Virus record (IMG/VR): IMGVR_UViG_3300045837_000026
Span: 1 to 51,013 of that record
Strand: one strand, 5' to 3'
Origin: a virus
Taxonomy: Duplodnaviria; Caudoviricetes
Length of the DNA stretch: 51,013 nt
Below are positions 9,461 through 18,981 of the stretch, in pieces (the first letter of the stretch is position 1; each line of letters begins with the position of its first letter). A program made the position numbers and the translations under genes. The notes beneath the pieces were generated by a model, which saw only the letters and a program-made list of their open reading frames with translations, was not told where the DNA came from and made no database searches.

Positions 9461-10152
9461 TGGCAATCCCGCCAGTCATCAAGGTTCCGCAATTCCCGAA
9501 CGTCCCGGCTTTGGCCGGTGTGCCGCAGCTCGCGCGGCTTCCGAACGTTCCACTGTCGTCCATTATTGCCTCAATTGGCAATGCGGCGATTCAGGGCCGA
9601 CTGTGGCACGCCGTCAAACAGGCTCCGAAATGGGGTGTGTTTGACGCGAGTAATAACCCCGTCGTCATTCCTGACAACATTGTTGATTTTCACAATTCGG
9701 ATGATTCGCGGGTTTCTAACTTCCCGGTACAAGACGGTCAGTTTGCGGCCTACAACAAGGTGGCGCTACCTTCGGAAACCGTTGTTAGGATGACGAAGGC
9801 GGGAACTCAGAGTGACAGGAAGGCGTTTCTTGACGCGCTCAAAGCGGCGAAAGATTCTCTCAACCTGTACACCATTCTGACACCCGAGCGTAGTTATCTG
9901 AAATGCAACTTGCAGCGGTTCGAGGTTATCCGTTCGGGTCCAATCGGTGCATACTTTCTCGCCGAAGTTGATTTGTTTTTCATCGAGATTAAACAGGTCA
10001 GCTCGACGTACTCGAACGCGGTGGCGAATACGCAGAACGCGCAGAATCCCGAAGCGCAGCCGTTCGGAAACTTGGGCAACGTGGCTCCGCAGGCGACTAG
10101 CACGTCAGACCAAGCGGCGGTTACGGCATCGGGCGTTACAGGGCAGCACTGA
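9460..10152 (+). CDS. Baseplate/tail tube initiator protein
   Basis: S.VSNFPVQDG.FAAYNKV and LYTILTPE..Y motifs; follows the tape measure gene. Confidence 0.75.
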   Translation: MAIPPVIKVPQFPNVPALAGVPQLARLPNVPLSSIIASIGNAAIQGRLWHAVKQAPKWGVFDASNNPVVIPDNIVDFHNSDDSRVSNFPVQDGQFAAYNKVALPSETVVRMTKAGTQSDRKAFLDALKAAKDSLNLYTILTPERSYLKCNLQRFEVIRSGPIGAYFLAEVDLFFIEIKQVSSTYSNAVANTQNAQNPEAQPFGNLGNVAPQATSTSDQAAVTASGVTGQH

Positions 10153-10454
10153 TGCAAACCATACCGGTTACTGCTGTTCCTTCTCAGTCATTCGCTGTCA
10201 CGTTGGCTAATCAGGCGTGCGCCATTTCGCTTACGACGCGCAACGGCAAACTGTATTTCAGCCTGAGCGTAGGAGGTGTTCCAATCGCGACAATGCGCGT
10301 GTGTCGCAACTCTCAACGGATATTGCTCGACTCGCAGTATCAGGGGTTTGTCGGCGACTTCACGTTTATCGACACGAAGGGCGACACGGACCCCACCTAC
10401 ACGGGTCTCGGCTCTCGCTACAAGCTGATTTACCTTGAGGCGGCCGACCTGTGA
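10152..10454 (+). CDS. Baseplate plug-like protein
   Basis: IP..AVPSQ...VTL.NQ.C.I and GF.GDF.F.DT.G..DP.YTGLGSRY motifs. Confidence 0.75.
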   Translation: MQTIPVTAVPSQSFAVTLANQACAISLTTRNGKLYFSLSVGGVPIATMRVCRNSQRILLDSQYQGFVGDFTFIDTKGDTDPTYTGLGSRYKLIYLEAADL

Positions 10455-11338
10455 ACAGTTTCGACGCGGTAAAGCGGCTGCGCGTGACGCTCACGCTCGG
10501 GCAAGACGGCGCGACATTCCCCGGCACGGATAACAACACTCTCATTCTGTCGGGACTCCGTACCCGTGTGAATATCGAAGGCACCGTGAACTATCCCGGT
10601 ACGGCAGCAGTTCAAATCTACGGCATGCGGCCGGATGATATGAACGCGCTTACAATCGCATGGTTCGCCGGGCTTCGGGTGCCGAATAATTCGATTTTGA
10701 TTGAAGCGAAAGACAACGCGCTTGCCGATCCTGCCGGCTGGTCAGAATTGTTTTTCGGCACGATGGTAGAAGCGCAGCCTGAGTATCGGGGGATTCCCGA
10801 CGCGTATTTCAACATCCTGGCGAACGTCGGTTATTTTGGGAAGCTCTCACCAAACGCGCCGTCGAGCTACGCGCAGCCTACGCCAATCGCTACGGTTGCC
10901 GCCGACCTTGCGTCGAAAATGGGTTTGGCGTTTGAGAATAACGGCGTAACCGGCTCACCAGTCGGACCGTACTTCGCCGGTTCCTACATGGAGCAGCTCA
11001 AAGCCGCGTGTTTACAGGCTGGCGTTGATTTCTACATCGTTTCAAACACGCTCATCATATGCCCCCACAATGGCGCGCGTACAAACTCGCCTGTTATCGA
11101 ACTCAACTCAAATTCGGGGCTCGTGGGCTATCCGGTCATTGATCGATCGGGGGTCACGCTGACTGCGTTGTTCAATCCGGCGTTTGTGGGTGGCGCTCGC
11201 ATCAACTTGACTGGCTCGGCGATTCCGGCCGCTAATCGGCTATGGTCGATTTTCACCGTGCAACACACCCTGGAATCGGTGCTACCGGGCGGCGCATGGT
11301 TTTCGACTTTGCATTGCGTGCCGCAGGGAACTGTATGA
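10451..11338 (+). CDS. Baseplate hub protein
   Basis: IYGM...DMN.LT, FENNGV, GLVGYP and H.LES..PGG.W motifs. Confidence 0.8.
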   Translation: MNSFDAVKRLRVTLTLGQDGATFPGTDNNTLILSGLRTRVNIEGTVNYPGTAAVQIYGMRPDDMNALTIAWFAGLRVPNNSILIEAKDNALADPAGWSELFFGTMVEAQPEYRGIPDAYFNILANVGYFGKLSPNAPSSYAQPTPIATVAADLASKMGLAFENNGVTGSPVGPYFAGSYMEQLKAACLQAGVDFYIVSNTLIICPHNGARTNSPVIELNSNSGLVGYPVIDRSGVTLTALFNPAFVGGARINLTGSAIPAANRLWSIFTVQHTLESVLPGGAWFSTLHCVPQGTV

Positions 11339-11982
11339 CAGCTTCAGCCCAGCAAACCCCCGTCTCGGTTGCTGCCGAATATCCGGCGCTCGCGTTTATC
11401 GTTCAGCAGCTTTTGTCTAAGGTACAAACCGCGTCGGTTGTCAAGGTCCTAGCGGTGCAGCCCGGCGCGGTCGGACCGGTCGGGTATGTGACAGTGCAAA
11501 TTCTGGTCAATCAAATGACCGGCGATCGAACAGCCGTGCCTCATGGGTCGATACCGAACATCCCCTATTTCCGGCTCCAGGGCGGTACCAATGCCGTGAT
11601 TATCGACCCCCAAGTAGGTGACCTGGGAATATGCCTGTTCTGCTCTCGCGATATTGCGAACGTCAAGGCGACGAAGGCGCAGGCGAACCCAAGCACGTTC
11701 CGCATGTTCGACTTCAACGACGGGCTGTACGTCGGCGGCATCTTGAACGGTACACCTCAGCAATACGTGCAGTTTGCGGCCGGGGGTATCACTATCGTGT
11801 CGCCGCAGCAGATTACGTTGCAGGCGCCAACGGTGAACATTCAGGGGTCGAGCGCGGTGAACATCGGAAGCCCCGCCACGGCCCTTACAGGCGGCAATAC
11901 GAGCATTGACGGGAAGGCATTTTTGCCGCATAAGCATAGCGGTGTGCAGCCCGGCAGCGGTCAATCCGGGGGTGTCGTCTGA
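11335..11982 (+). CDS. Baseplate central spike (Gp138-like)
   Basis: ATGA overlap; PYFRLQGG.NAVI.DP.VGD.G motif; C-terminal HxH (PHKHSGV). Confidence 0.88.
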   Translation: MTASAQQTPVSVAAEYPALAFIVQQLLSKVQTASVVKVLAVQPGAVGPVGYVTVQILVNQMTGDRTAVPHGSIPNIPYFRLQGGTNAVIIDPQVGDLGICLFCSRDIANVKATKAQANPSTFRMFDFNDGLYVGGILNGTPQQYVQFAAGGITIVSPQQITLQAPTVNIQGSSAVNIGSPATALTGGNTSIDGKAFLPHKHSGVQPGSGQSGGVV

Positions 11983-12338
11983 TGGACACGCTTTTGCTCG
12001 ACGTGGGCCTTTGGGACCTGTGCTTAGACGCCAACGGGAATATTGCGCTCGCCTCAGTGCCGTACGCCCGCGCCCAGGACGTGGCGAGCGCAATTCGGTT
12101 GTTCCTGGGGGAACTATGGTACGACTCAACCAAGGGGATTGACTATTTCGGTCAGATACTTGGCGACACTCCGCCCCTTACCCTATTTCAAGAATTCATG
12201 GTCACGGCCGCGTTGACCGTTCCGGGTGTCGTCACGGCTTCGTGCGTGGTAGAATCCTTCGATGACGCCGCGCGCACCGTGACCGGACAGGTGACTTTTA
12301 CGGACGTGGACGGCAACACGTCAACGGTGAGCATTTAG
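11982..12338 (+). CDS. Baseplate wedge/sheath initiator (gp25-like)
   Basis: WDL.LDA.GNIA and AQDVASAIRLF.GELWYD...GI.Y motifs. Confidence 0.8.
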   Translation: MDTLLLDVGLWDLCLDANGNIALASVPYARAQDVASAIRLFLGELWYDSTKGIDYFGQILGDTPPLTLFQEFMVTAALTVPGVVTASCVVESFDDAARTVTGQVTFTDVDGNTSTVSI

Positions 12339-12340
12339 CG

Positions 12341-13561
12341 ATGACGGACACGAACGTTCCCGGCCTTGAATTCACGAGTACCGGCCTGACGGTGCCCAGC
12401 GAGCCGGCCGTTCTCGCAGGCGTGCAAGCCGATTACAACTCCGCGTTCGGCGGAAATCTCAACCCGTCGCTCGAAACCCCCCAAGGTCAGCTCGCCAGCT
12501 CTACAGCGGCGATCATTTCAGACGCGAACAGTATTTTTGCCGAATTCGTTAACCAAGTCAATCCCGACACGGCCGACGGGTTCATGCAAGACGCTATTGC
12601 CCGTATCTACTTCCTGAATCGCAATGCGGGCGCTCCCACGTCGGTGCAGTGCGTGTGCGTGGGCCAAGCTGGTGTTCCGATCCCGACCGGCGCGCGGGCG
12701 CAGGACACGAGCGGCAACATGTACGTGTGTACCCAAGGCGGCACTATCCCGGCTGGGGGCTCCATTACGTTGTCGTTCGCGAACGTGGTGAACGGTCCAA
12801 TTGCTTGCCCGGCCAACACGCTAACGACCATTTTCACGGCTGTGAACGGCTGGGAGTCAATTAACAATCCGGCTCCTGGCATCGTCGGTACAAACGTCGA
12901 ATCGCGAGCAGCGTTCGAGTTCCGACGTTCCCAATCGGTCGCGTTGAATGCTCACGGTTCGTTGCCGTCGATTTATGCGGCTGTGTTTGCGGTCCCCAAC
13001 GTGCTCGACGTGTATGCGTACGAGAATACGACTAATAACCCGATCACGGTGGGCTCGACTTCCTACACGCTCGCGCCCCACTCATTGTATGTCGCGGCGG
13101 TCGGCGGCGATCCCAATGCCATCGCACAGGCGATATGGTCGAAGAAAGATGTTGGTTGCGACTACAACGGCAACACGTCCGTTATCGTTACGGATACCAG
13201 CGGTTACAGCATTCCGTATCCGTCGTACACGGTGAAGTTCAACGTGCCAACGACGCTTCCTATTTACTTCGCGGTACAAATCGCGAACAGTGCGAGTCTG
13301 CCGTCCAATATCGTGTCGTTGGTCCAAAACGCGGTCGTGAATGCGTTTACAGGGGCGGATGGCAGCACGCGCGTACGTATCGGCTCATTGCTGCTCGCGA
13401 GCAAGTTTTATGGACCAGTCGCAGCGATCGGTCCCGAGGTTTCGATTCTGTCAATTCTGCTCGGCACGAGCGCGGGCGGCGCGACGCTGAACAGCTTGCA
13501 AATTGGGATTGACCAAGCCCCGACCATTTCAGCCGCCAATGTAGCCGTGACGCTTGTATGA
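12341..13561 (+). CDS. Baseplate J-like wedge protein
   Basis: LETPQGQL, NPDTADG.MQDAI.RIYF and ESRA.FE.RR motifs. Confidence 0.9.
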   Translation: MTDTNVPGLEFTSTGLTVPSEPAVLAGVQADYNSAFGGNLNPSLETPQGQLASSTAAIISDANSIFAEFVNQVNPDTADGFMQDAIARIYFLNRNAGAPTSVQCVCVGQAGVPIPTGARAQDTSGNMYVCTQGGTIPAGGSITLSFANVVNGPIACPANTLTTIFTAVNGWESINNPAPGIVGTNVESRAAFEFRRSQSVALNAHGSLPSIYAAVFAVPNVLDVYAYENTTNNPITVGSTSYTLAPHSLYVAAVGGDPNAIAQAIWSKKDVGCDYNGNTSVIVTDTSGYSIPYPSYTVKFNVPTTLPIYFAVQIANSASLPSNIVSLVQNAVVNAFTGADGSTRVRIGSLLLASKFYGPVAAIGPEVSILSILLGTSAGGATLNSLQIGIDQAPTISAANVAVTLV

Positions 13562-14628
13562 CCGTTCAGGTTCCTAATCTTGTCGGGTTGGATACGACAA
13601 CGGCCACGGCCGTACTTGCAGGGTACGGCCTTGTGCTGGGCACGACTTCGCAGGTTTATAGCTCGACCGTTACGACTGGTCTGATTGTCTCGACGAGCCC
13701 TATTGCGGGAACAAACGTTGCGGCCGGCTCGGCTGTCAACATCGTACTGTCTCAAGGGCCGCAACCGGGGCTTGTCCCGAACATCGTGGGGCTTACTCAG
13801 GCGCAGGCGCAAATTGCGCTCGCAACGGTAGGACTCACAACGGGATCGGTCACGCCCGAGTTAAGCGATTCTATACAGCCCGGTTCGATTTCGAGCCAAC
13901 ACCCGACCCCCGGTACGCTGCTTGCGGTCGGATCGGCTGTCAATGTTGGCTTGTCCGTGTTCGACTTGCCGTTTGACTACAACAAAACGATTATAAGCCA
14001 GTACGCAAACAGTCCAACATTGCTTCGTCTCATTTCCAACATGTTGGCGTATATCGACCCGCGCGCGAACTTTCAGGCGTTCTATCAATTCGTCTGGAAT
14101 GTCGATACTGCTGTCGGGTTCGGGCTAGACATTTGGGGAAAAATCGTAGGCGTTTCGCGTCTGATTCAGCTCTCGTCGAATATCAAGACGTTCGGCTACC
14201 AAAATGCGGATGTTCCGCCCGATTGGCAACCGTTTGGTCAAGGTACGTTCACGAGTGGAGCGGCAAGCGCTCAGGCGTACTTACTACCGGATGACGCGTA
14301 TAGGACCCTGATACTTGCGAAGGCTCTAGCGAATATCAGCGCCACGACAGCCCCGGCGTTGAATCAACTTTTGCGCAACCTGTTTCCGGGGCGTGGACGT
14401 TGCTACGTTATCGACTCCGGCGCGATGACGATGCATTTCGTTTTCGAGTTCGCGCTCAGCAACGTCGAGTTCGCGATACTCTCTCAGTCGGGCGCGCTCC
14501 CGCACCCCGCAGGCGTCGGGTACAACGTCATCGTGATTCCCCCGGCGCAATACTTTGGATTCGCCGAACAGGGCTCGGCCGTTCTGCCGTGGGGCAGCGG
14601 CGTTTACTACTTGCCTCCACAGGTTTAA
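13558..14628 (+). CDS. DUF2612-type baseplate wedge protein with two N-terminal PASTA-like domains
   Basis: Two repeats VPN(L/I)VGL..G(L/S)I.S..P..GT....GSAVN...S, then TIISQYANSP, TAVGFGLDIWG.IVGVSR, L.DDAYR.LI..KA.ANI and LPHPAGV. Confidence 0.85.
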   Translation: MTVQVPNLVGLDTTTATAVLAGYGLVLGTTSQVYSSTVTTGLIVSTSPIAGTNVAAGSAVNIVLSQGPQPGLVPNIVGLTQAQAQIALATVGLTTGSVTPELSDSIQPGSISSQHPTPGTLLAVGSAVNVGLSVFDLPFDYNKTIISQYANSPTLLRLISNMLAYIDPRANFQAFYQFVWNVDTAVGFGLDIWGKIVGVSRLIQLSSNIKTFGYQNADVPPDWQPFGQGTFTSGAASAQAYLLPDDAYRTLILAKALANISATTAPALNQLLRNLFPGRGRCYVIDSGAMTMHFVFEFALSNVEFAILSQSGALPHPAGVGYNVIVIPPAQYFGFAEQGSAVLPWGSGVYYLPPQV

Positions 14629-14631
14629 GAC

Positions 14632-15945
14632 ATGGGCGCACCAAAACCGCCAGTAATACCGGAACCGTTTGCGAACAACGCAACGTCGAGTTACAAAAAC
14701 ACGATTCCCGATACGACCGTCGCGGCCGGCGCGGCTTCGTGGTCATTGGGATTCCCACCCGTCACGATGCAGCCCGAAGTGTCTGGCGGTGTGCCTCCGT
14801 TCGGTCAGGATTTCAACGGCGTTCTGTTTGCGCTGTCTGCTCACGACTACTACGTGCAGGCAGGACAGCTCTACACATGGGATGCGGGCGTTGTAGCTGA
14901 CATCGGCGGCTATGCGGTCGGGGCTGTGCTCGCAAGCACGGACGGAACGACGGTTTGGTACAACACTGTCGCAAACAACTCGACGAACCCGGATAATGAT
15001 TCAACGGCGGCCGGCTGGGTGCCGATCGCGGCGTACGGGTTTACAAACGTAACGGGGCTGACCGGTGGCAATGTTACGCTCGCGCCGTCGCAAACTCGCA
15101 AAAGCGTCATTGTGTTGACTGGTACGCTGACCAGTAACCTCAATCTGATTCTACCGACGACCAAACAGCAATGGTTGATTGTCAATCAGACATCGGGCAA
15201 TTTCGTTACGACGGCCAAAACGGCGGCCGGTTCGGGCGTAGTCATTCCGCAAGGCGGCTTTGGGTCACCGGTTGGCGTGTACGGGGACGGTACCAATATT
15301 TACCCGACCGTCGCGCCGCTGAGCGTGCCGATTGACCAAAACCCGAACCCGCTGACAATCGCGGAGCGTGACAACACGGGGCTTCTGCAAGCCAGCTATT
15401 TCCTCGCGACAAGCGGTTGGGAGAATCCTTCCCTACAGCCGTTTCAGGGTTTCATCGGCCTGGGGCCGGATGACGCGACGTACCGTAAGTACCACATTGC
15501 CGACGTGGAAGCCGCGATGTTGTTGCAGAACATTGGCGGTGCGGTTACTCCGTCGCAGGTGCCGCTTCTGTCGTCAATGCCCGGTGGCGTTACCCCGTCA
15601 CAGGTTCCGGCGCTCTCAGCTCTGCTCGGTTCCGTGTTGCCTGGGCAGGTTCCATCAGGCGCCGTGACTCAATTTTTCACTCAGTCGCTCGGTCAAACGG
15701 GCTGGTGTCAATTCCCGAACGGTCTGATTATCCAATGGGGATATGCAACGGGCGGTCAAAATATCAACGTCAGTTTCCCGAAAGTGTTTCCCAACGCTGC
15801 GTTCGCAGGTTTTTGTAATACAGCGAATCGTAACTTTATGGGCGGTCAGGGAACCAACTTCGTGTGGGGTCTCACTCAGTTTGGTATGGGAATCACGGTT
15901 GACCCGACTCCCGGCCAAGGCTATTGGCTTGCAATAGGTTATTAA
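14632..15945 (+). CDS. Tail fibre protein 1
   Basis: GFPP.TM.P...GG.PP.GQDFNG.L and IGGY..GAVL baseplate anchor; C-terminal GW..FPNGLIIQWG...FP..FPN tip domain. Confidence 0.85.
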   Translation: MGAPKPPVIPEPFANNATSSYKNTIPDTTVAAGAASWSLGFPPVTMQPEVSGGVPPFGQDFNGVLFALSAHDYYVQAGQLYTWDAGVVADIGGYAVGAVLASTDGTTVWYNTVANNSTNPDNDSTAAGWVPIAAYGFTNVTGLTGGNVTLAPSQTRKSVIVLTGTLTSNLNLILPTTKQQWLIVNQTSGNFVTTAKTAAGSGVVIPQGGFGSPVGVYGDGTNIYPTVAPLSVPIDQNPNPLTIAERDNTGLLQASYFLATSGWENPSLQPFQGFIGLGPDDATYRKYHIADVEAAMLLQNIGGAVTPSQVPLLSSMPGGVTPSQVPALSALLGSVLPGQVPSGAVTQFFTQSLGQTGWCQFPNGLIIQWGYATGGQNINVSFPKVFPNAAFAGFCNTANRNFMGGQGTNFVWGLTQFGMGITVDPTPGQGYWLAIGY

Positions 15946-15946
15946 C

Positions 15947-16681
15947 ATGCCCGGACAACCGAACCCTGTAAAAATGGTAGAGGCGTTTGGCGTCAACGCT
16001 GCGTCTGCCTACATTACAAAACCCTTCCCGGTTAGCTCGCAGATTGGGGTAACACCGGGTCGAGCGTCACTCAACGACGGTTTCGTGCCGTTGAATATGA
16101 CGCCACCCTCGGCCGGGGGCATCCCACCGTCGGGTGCGGACATGAACGGTATTTTGTACCTCATGTCTACCAACATCGCCGCGTTGTCTGCCGGTCAGGT
16201 GTTCAACGTTTTCGACGCGGCATACGCGGCGGCCATCGGCGGCTATGCTGTGGGAGCCGTATTGGCTCAATCTGTGGACGCTTCCGCGCGTTGGGTCAAT
16301 CTCATTGCCGGCAACACGACCAACCCGGACACGGGCGGCGCTGGGTGGATGTCCACAAAACCGCTGTACGCGTCGTTCACTGCTGCTTCGGGCAGCAACA
16401 ATAACGTAACGCTTGGAGGCGCCAGCGATTATGTGCTCGACGTGGATTGTACAGCCGGCAACGTGTCACTCACGGGGCTGGTAGCTCAGCGCGACGGCCA
16501 GCGTGTGACGATCGTTCGCAAAGACGCCACCGCAAACACGTTGACACTAACGTCAAACGACGCAAGCTCGACAGCGGCGAATCGTTTCCGTATCGTGTCC
16601 GGGGGGCTCGGGCTTCCGCTCCAGTATATGACCGTGACCCTTCAGTACAGCTCAACATTAGCTCTTTGGGTGCAAGCATGA
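15947..16681 (+). CDS. Short tail fibre/adaptor protein, paralog of the fibre 1 N-terminus
   Basis: GF.PLNM.P..AGG.PP.G.DMNG.L and IGGYAVGAVL shared with the preceding gene. Confidence 0.8.
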   Translation: MPGQPNPVKMVEAFGVNAASAYITKPFPVSSQIGVTPGRASLNDGFVPLNMTPPSAGGIPPSGADMNGILYLMSTNIAALSAGQVFNVFDAAYAAAIGGYAVGAVLAQSVDASARWVNLIAGNTTNPDTGGAGWMSTKPLYASFTAASGSNNNVTLGGASDYVLDVDCTAGNVSLTGLVAQRDGQRVTIVRKDATANTLTLTSNDASSTAANRFRIVSGGLGLPLQYMTVTLQYSSTLALWVQA

Positions 16682-18738
16682 TTCGTTCCGCTTTCGTTCG
16701 ACTTCTCGCGGCGGCATTGATCGCCGTTGCTCCGACCAGTTACGCGCAGCTCTATCCGTATTTCGGGCCATCCAATGGCATCATGAAGGGCTCGACAAGC
16801 ACGCCGCAAACTTCGGCGGCTACGAGTACGGATGTCATCGGCCTATTCTCGGGATCCTGTACCGCGTCTACGTTTGTGCGTGGGGACGGCTCGTGTCAGA
16901 TCGTAGCAGGCGGTATCACGGGGCTGGCGAATCCGACAGGAACTATCGGCCTGTCAGCGGTGAACGGCTCTGCTACGACGGCGTTGCGTTCTGACGGCGC
17001 TCCGGCACTGTCGCAGGGTATCAGCCCGACATGGACCGGAACGCACATGTTCGCAGGCGGGATTATCGGCGGAGTCACCACGGCCGGAGTCAATATCGGT
17101 CAAAGCGCAGGAGCCGCCGTGTTCCGATTCGTGGACACGACAGGTCCGGCCAACGGCAAAGCGTGGCAGTTCAACACCTCCACGACTGGCACCGTGTTCA
17201 ACATGGGTGCGATTTCGGATGATTTTTCCACTACGTTCCGAAACTTTTTAACAGCTACGCGCTCAGCGGGATCGATTGCTAACTTGTCGTTTGGGAATCC
17301 GACGGACAGCCCAACGTATAATTTCAACGGCACTGGAACAGCAACTTTTGGCGGTGCCGTGTCGGTAAGCGGCGGCGGAAGTTTGCTCAAAGGGCCGGTT
17401 ACTGTTTCGGTTCCGACTTCAGGAAATCCGTTGACGGTCGTCACAACGACCGGTGCGTTTGGCAGCTCCGCATCCACCGTATCAGACGGCGTGAACTATA
17501 CGATTGCGCTCGGTCGAAGCGGCACGACTGGAAGTGTTGGCTACGTCGGCGGCGCGAGCGGGTCTCAGCTCGACATCGGGGCGAGTGGCACGGCATGGGC
17601 TCGGCTCAACACATCAGGTAACTGGACATTCAACACGCCGTCTAGTGGCGCTGCCGTAACGGTCAATGCTTCTGGCGCCTCACCGGCTTTAACCCTAAAT
17701 GGGGCCGGAGCAACGCAGCTTACAGCGTTGCAGTTACAGCAGTCGGGGCAATCAGCTTGGCAGCTTTACCAAGCGGCTTCTAGCAGCACATTGCATTTGT
17801 GGAACGGTAGCAGCGGCGACGTAATGACCGTTACCAATGCTGGCAACGTAGGGGTCAACGCCGCCAGCAGCGGAAGCTCCTTGACTGTCAATCAGGCCAA
17901 CGGTAACGCGTCCCCAACTCTACAATTGTCCGGGCCGGCTAGTACCGCGGTGTCTCTGGGGATTTCACAGACTTCGGGCGGTAACTGGCAAATTTATAAC
18001 CCGGCTGGGTCTACGAGCTTGCGCTTGTACGATGGCTCCGGCGATAGAGTTATATTCAACACTGGAGGCGGCGCCACATTCAACGCTCCTACCAGCGGTA
18101 CGACTGTTACCGCAAACGGGCTTGCTGGACAGTACGGCGTCGTTGTGAACGGGTCTTCTACTGCCTCGCAGTCGTTGGGCGCCCGAGTATTCGCCGGTAC
18201 AAATTCGAGTGATTTCAATCTGGCGTTAACGAACCAAACCGGTACTACTAACTTCATGCTCGTTCACGGTGACGGCGGAATAGAAGTCGGTTCACCGACG
18301 GGCGGGGATAAAGGCGCCGGTACGATTAATGCGCAAAACCTGTATGTAAATGGTGTAGCGGTCGGCGGAGGCGGCGTAACGCAAACAAGCGGAAACACGT
18401 CTATTACAACTACGTCGGGCTGCACAGTTAATCAAAGTATGACGGTGAATTGGGTAGTCACCGGAAAACAGGTAACAGTTAGCTACCCCGGTGTTGCTTG
18501 CACTGCAAGCGGCACATCAGGGCTTGCATTCACACTTAACGGGCTGCCTGCGGCGATTAGGCCCACGACGCAAGGTACAAGCGTGGTTATGGTTGTGGAT
18601 AATGGGACGGCAAAAGCAGCAACGGGGGCTATAGATTCGGGCGGAACTCTGAATATTCTGACGGGTGCGGGCTCTTTTTCTGGTACCGGAACCTTCACTC
18701 TTAGCCGCGGCACCATTTCTTACGATACGGACAACTAA
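16678..18738 (+). CDS. Gly/Ser/Thr-rich fibre- or adhesin-like protein with predicted Sec signal peptide (686 aa)
   Basis: ATGA-coupled start; MIRSAFVRLLAAALIAVAPTSYA|Q leader; internal beta repeats; GSPTGGDKGAGTINA..LYVNG and GLPAAIRP fibre-like motifs. Confidence 0.75.
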   Translation: MIRSAFVRLLAAALIAVAPTSYAQLYPYFGPSNGIMKGSTSTPQTSAATSTDVIGLFSGSCTASTFVRGDGSCQIVAGGITGLANPTGTIGLSAVNGSATTALRSDGAPALSQGISPTWTGTHMFAGGIIGGVTTAGVNIGQSAGAAVFRFVDTTGPANGKAWQFNTSTTGTVFNMGAISDDFSTTFRNFLTATRSAGSIANLSFGNPTDSPTYNFNGTGTATFGGAVSVSGGGSLLKGPVTVSVPTSGNPLTVVTTTGAFGSSASTVSDGVNYTIALGRSGTTGSVGYVGGASGSQLDIGASGTAWARLNTSGNWTFNTPSSGAAVTVNASGASPALTLNGAGATQLTALQLQQSGQSAWQLYQAASSSTLHLWNGSSGDVMTVTNAGNVGVNAASSGSSLTVNQANGNASPTLQLSGPASTAVSLGISQTSGGNWQIYNPAGSTSLRLYDGSGDRVIFNTGGGATFNAPTSGTTVTANGLAGQYGVVVNGSSTASQSLGARVFAGTNSSDFNLALTNQTGTTNFMLVHGDGGIEVGSPTGGDKGAGTINAQNLYVNGVAVGGGGVTQTSGNTSITTTSGCTVNQSMTVNWVVTGKQVTVSYPGVACTASGTSGLAFTLNGLPAAIRPTTQGTSVVMVVDNGTAKAATGAIDSGGTLNILTGAGSFSGTGTFTLSRGTISYDTDN

Positions 18739-18744
18739 CACGAC

Positions 18745-18981
18745 ATGGACACGGAATACAAAGTTGGAGCGCTCGAAGCTCACGTGAAAGCCCTTCAGAC
18801 GGATGTCGCCGAAATCAAGGCGGACCAGAAGGAGCAAAACAAGATGCTCAAAGCGTTAGTTAGCGATATGGACCAACGCAAGGGTGTCAAAAAGGCCATC
18901 GCCGGTATGGTCACAACGGGAAGTATTTTCGGTGGGCTCGTCGGTTGGTTCCTTGAGCATTTCGTGTTGGGGAAACATTGA
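18745..18981 (+). CDS. Putative holin-like membrane protein
   Basis: Coiled-coil N-terminus plus C-terminal hydrophobic helix; directly upstream of the endolysin. Confidence 0.55.
   Translation: MDTEYKVGALEAHVKALQTDVAEIKADQKEQNKMLKALVSDMDQRKGVKKAIAGMVTTGSIFGGLVGWFLEHFVLGKH

Noticed and set aside
16447-16677. Longer 763-aa version of the fibre-like protein
   Set aside because: The extension overlaps the previous gene out of frame; ATG 16678 shows ATGA coupling.
14632-18738. Diversity-generating retroelement or invertase shufflon acting on fibres
   Set aside because: No reverse transcriptase, recombinase or template/variable repeat pair was visible.
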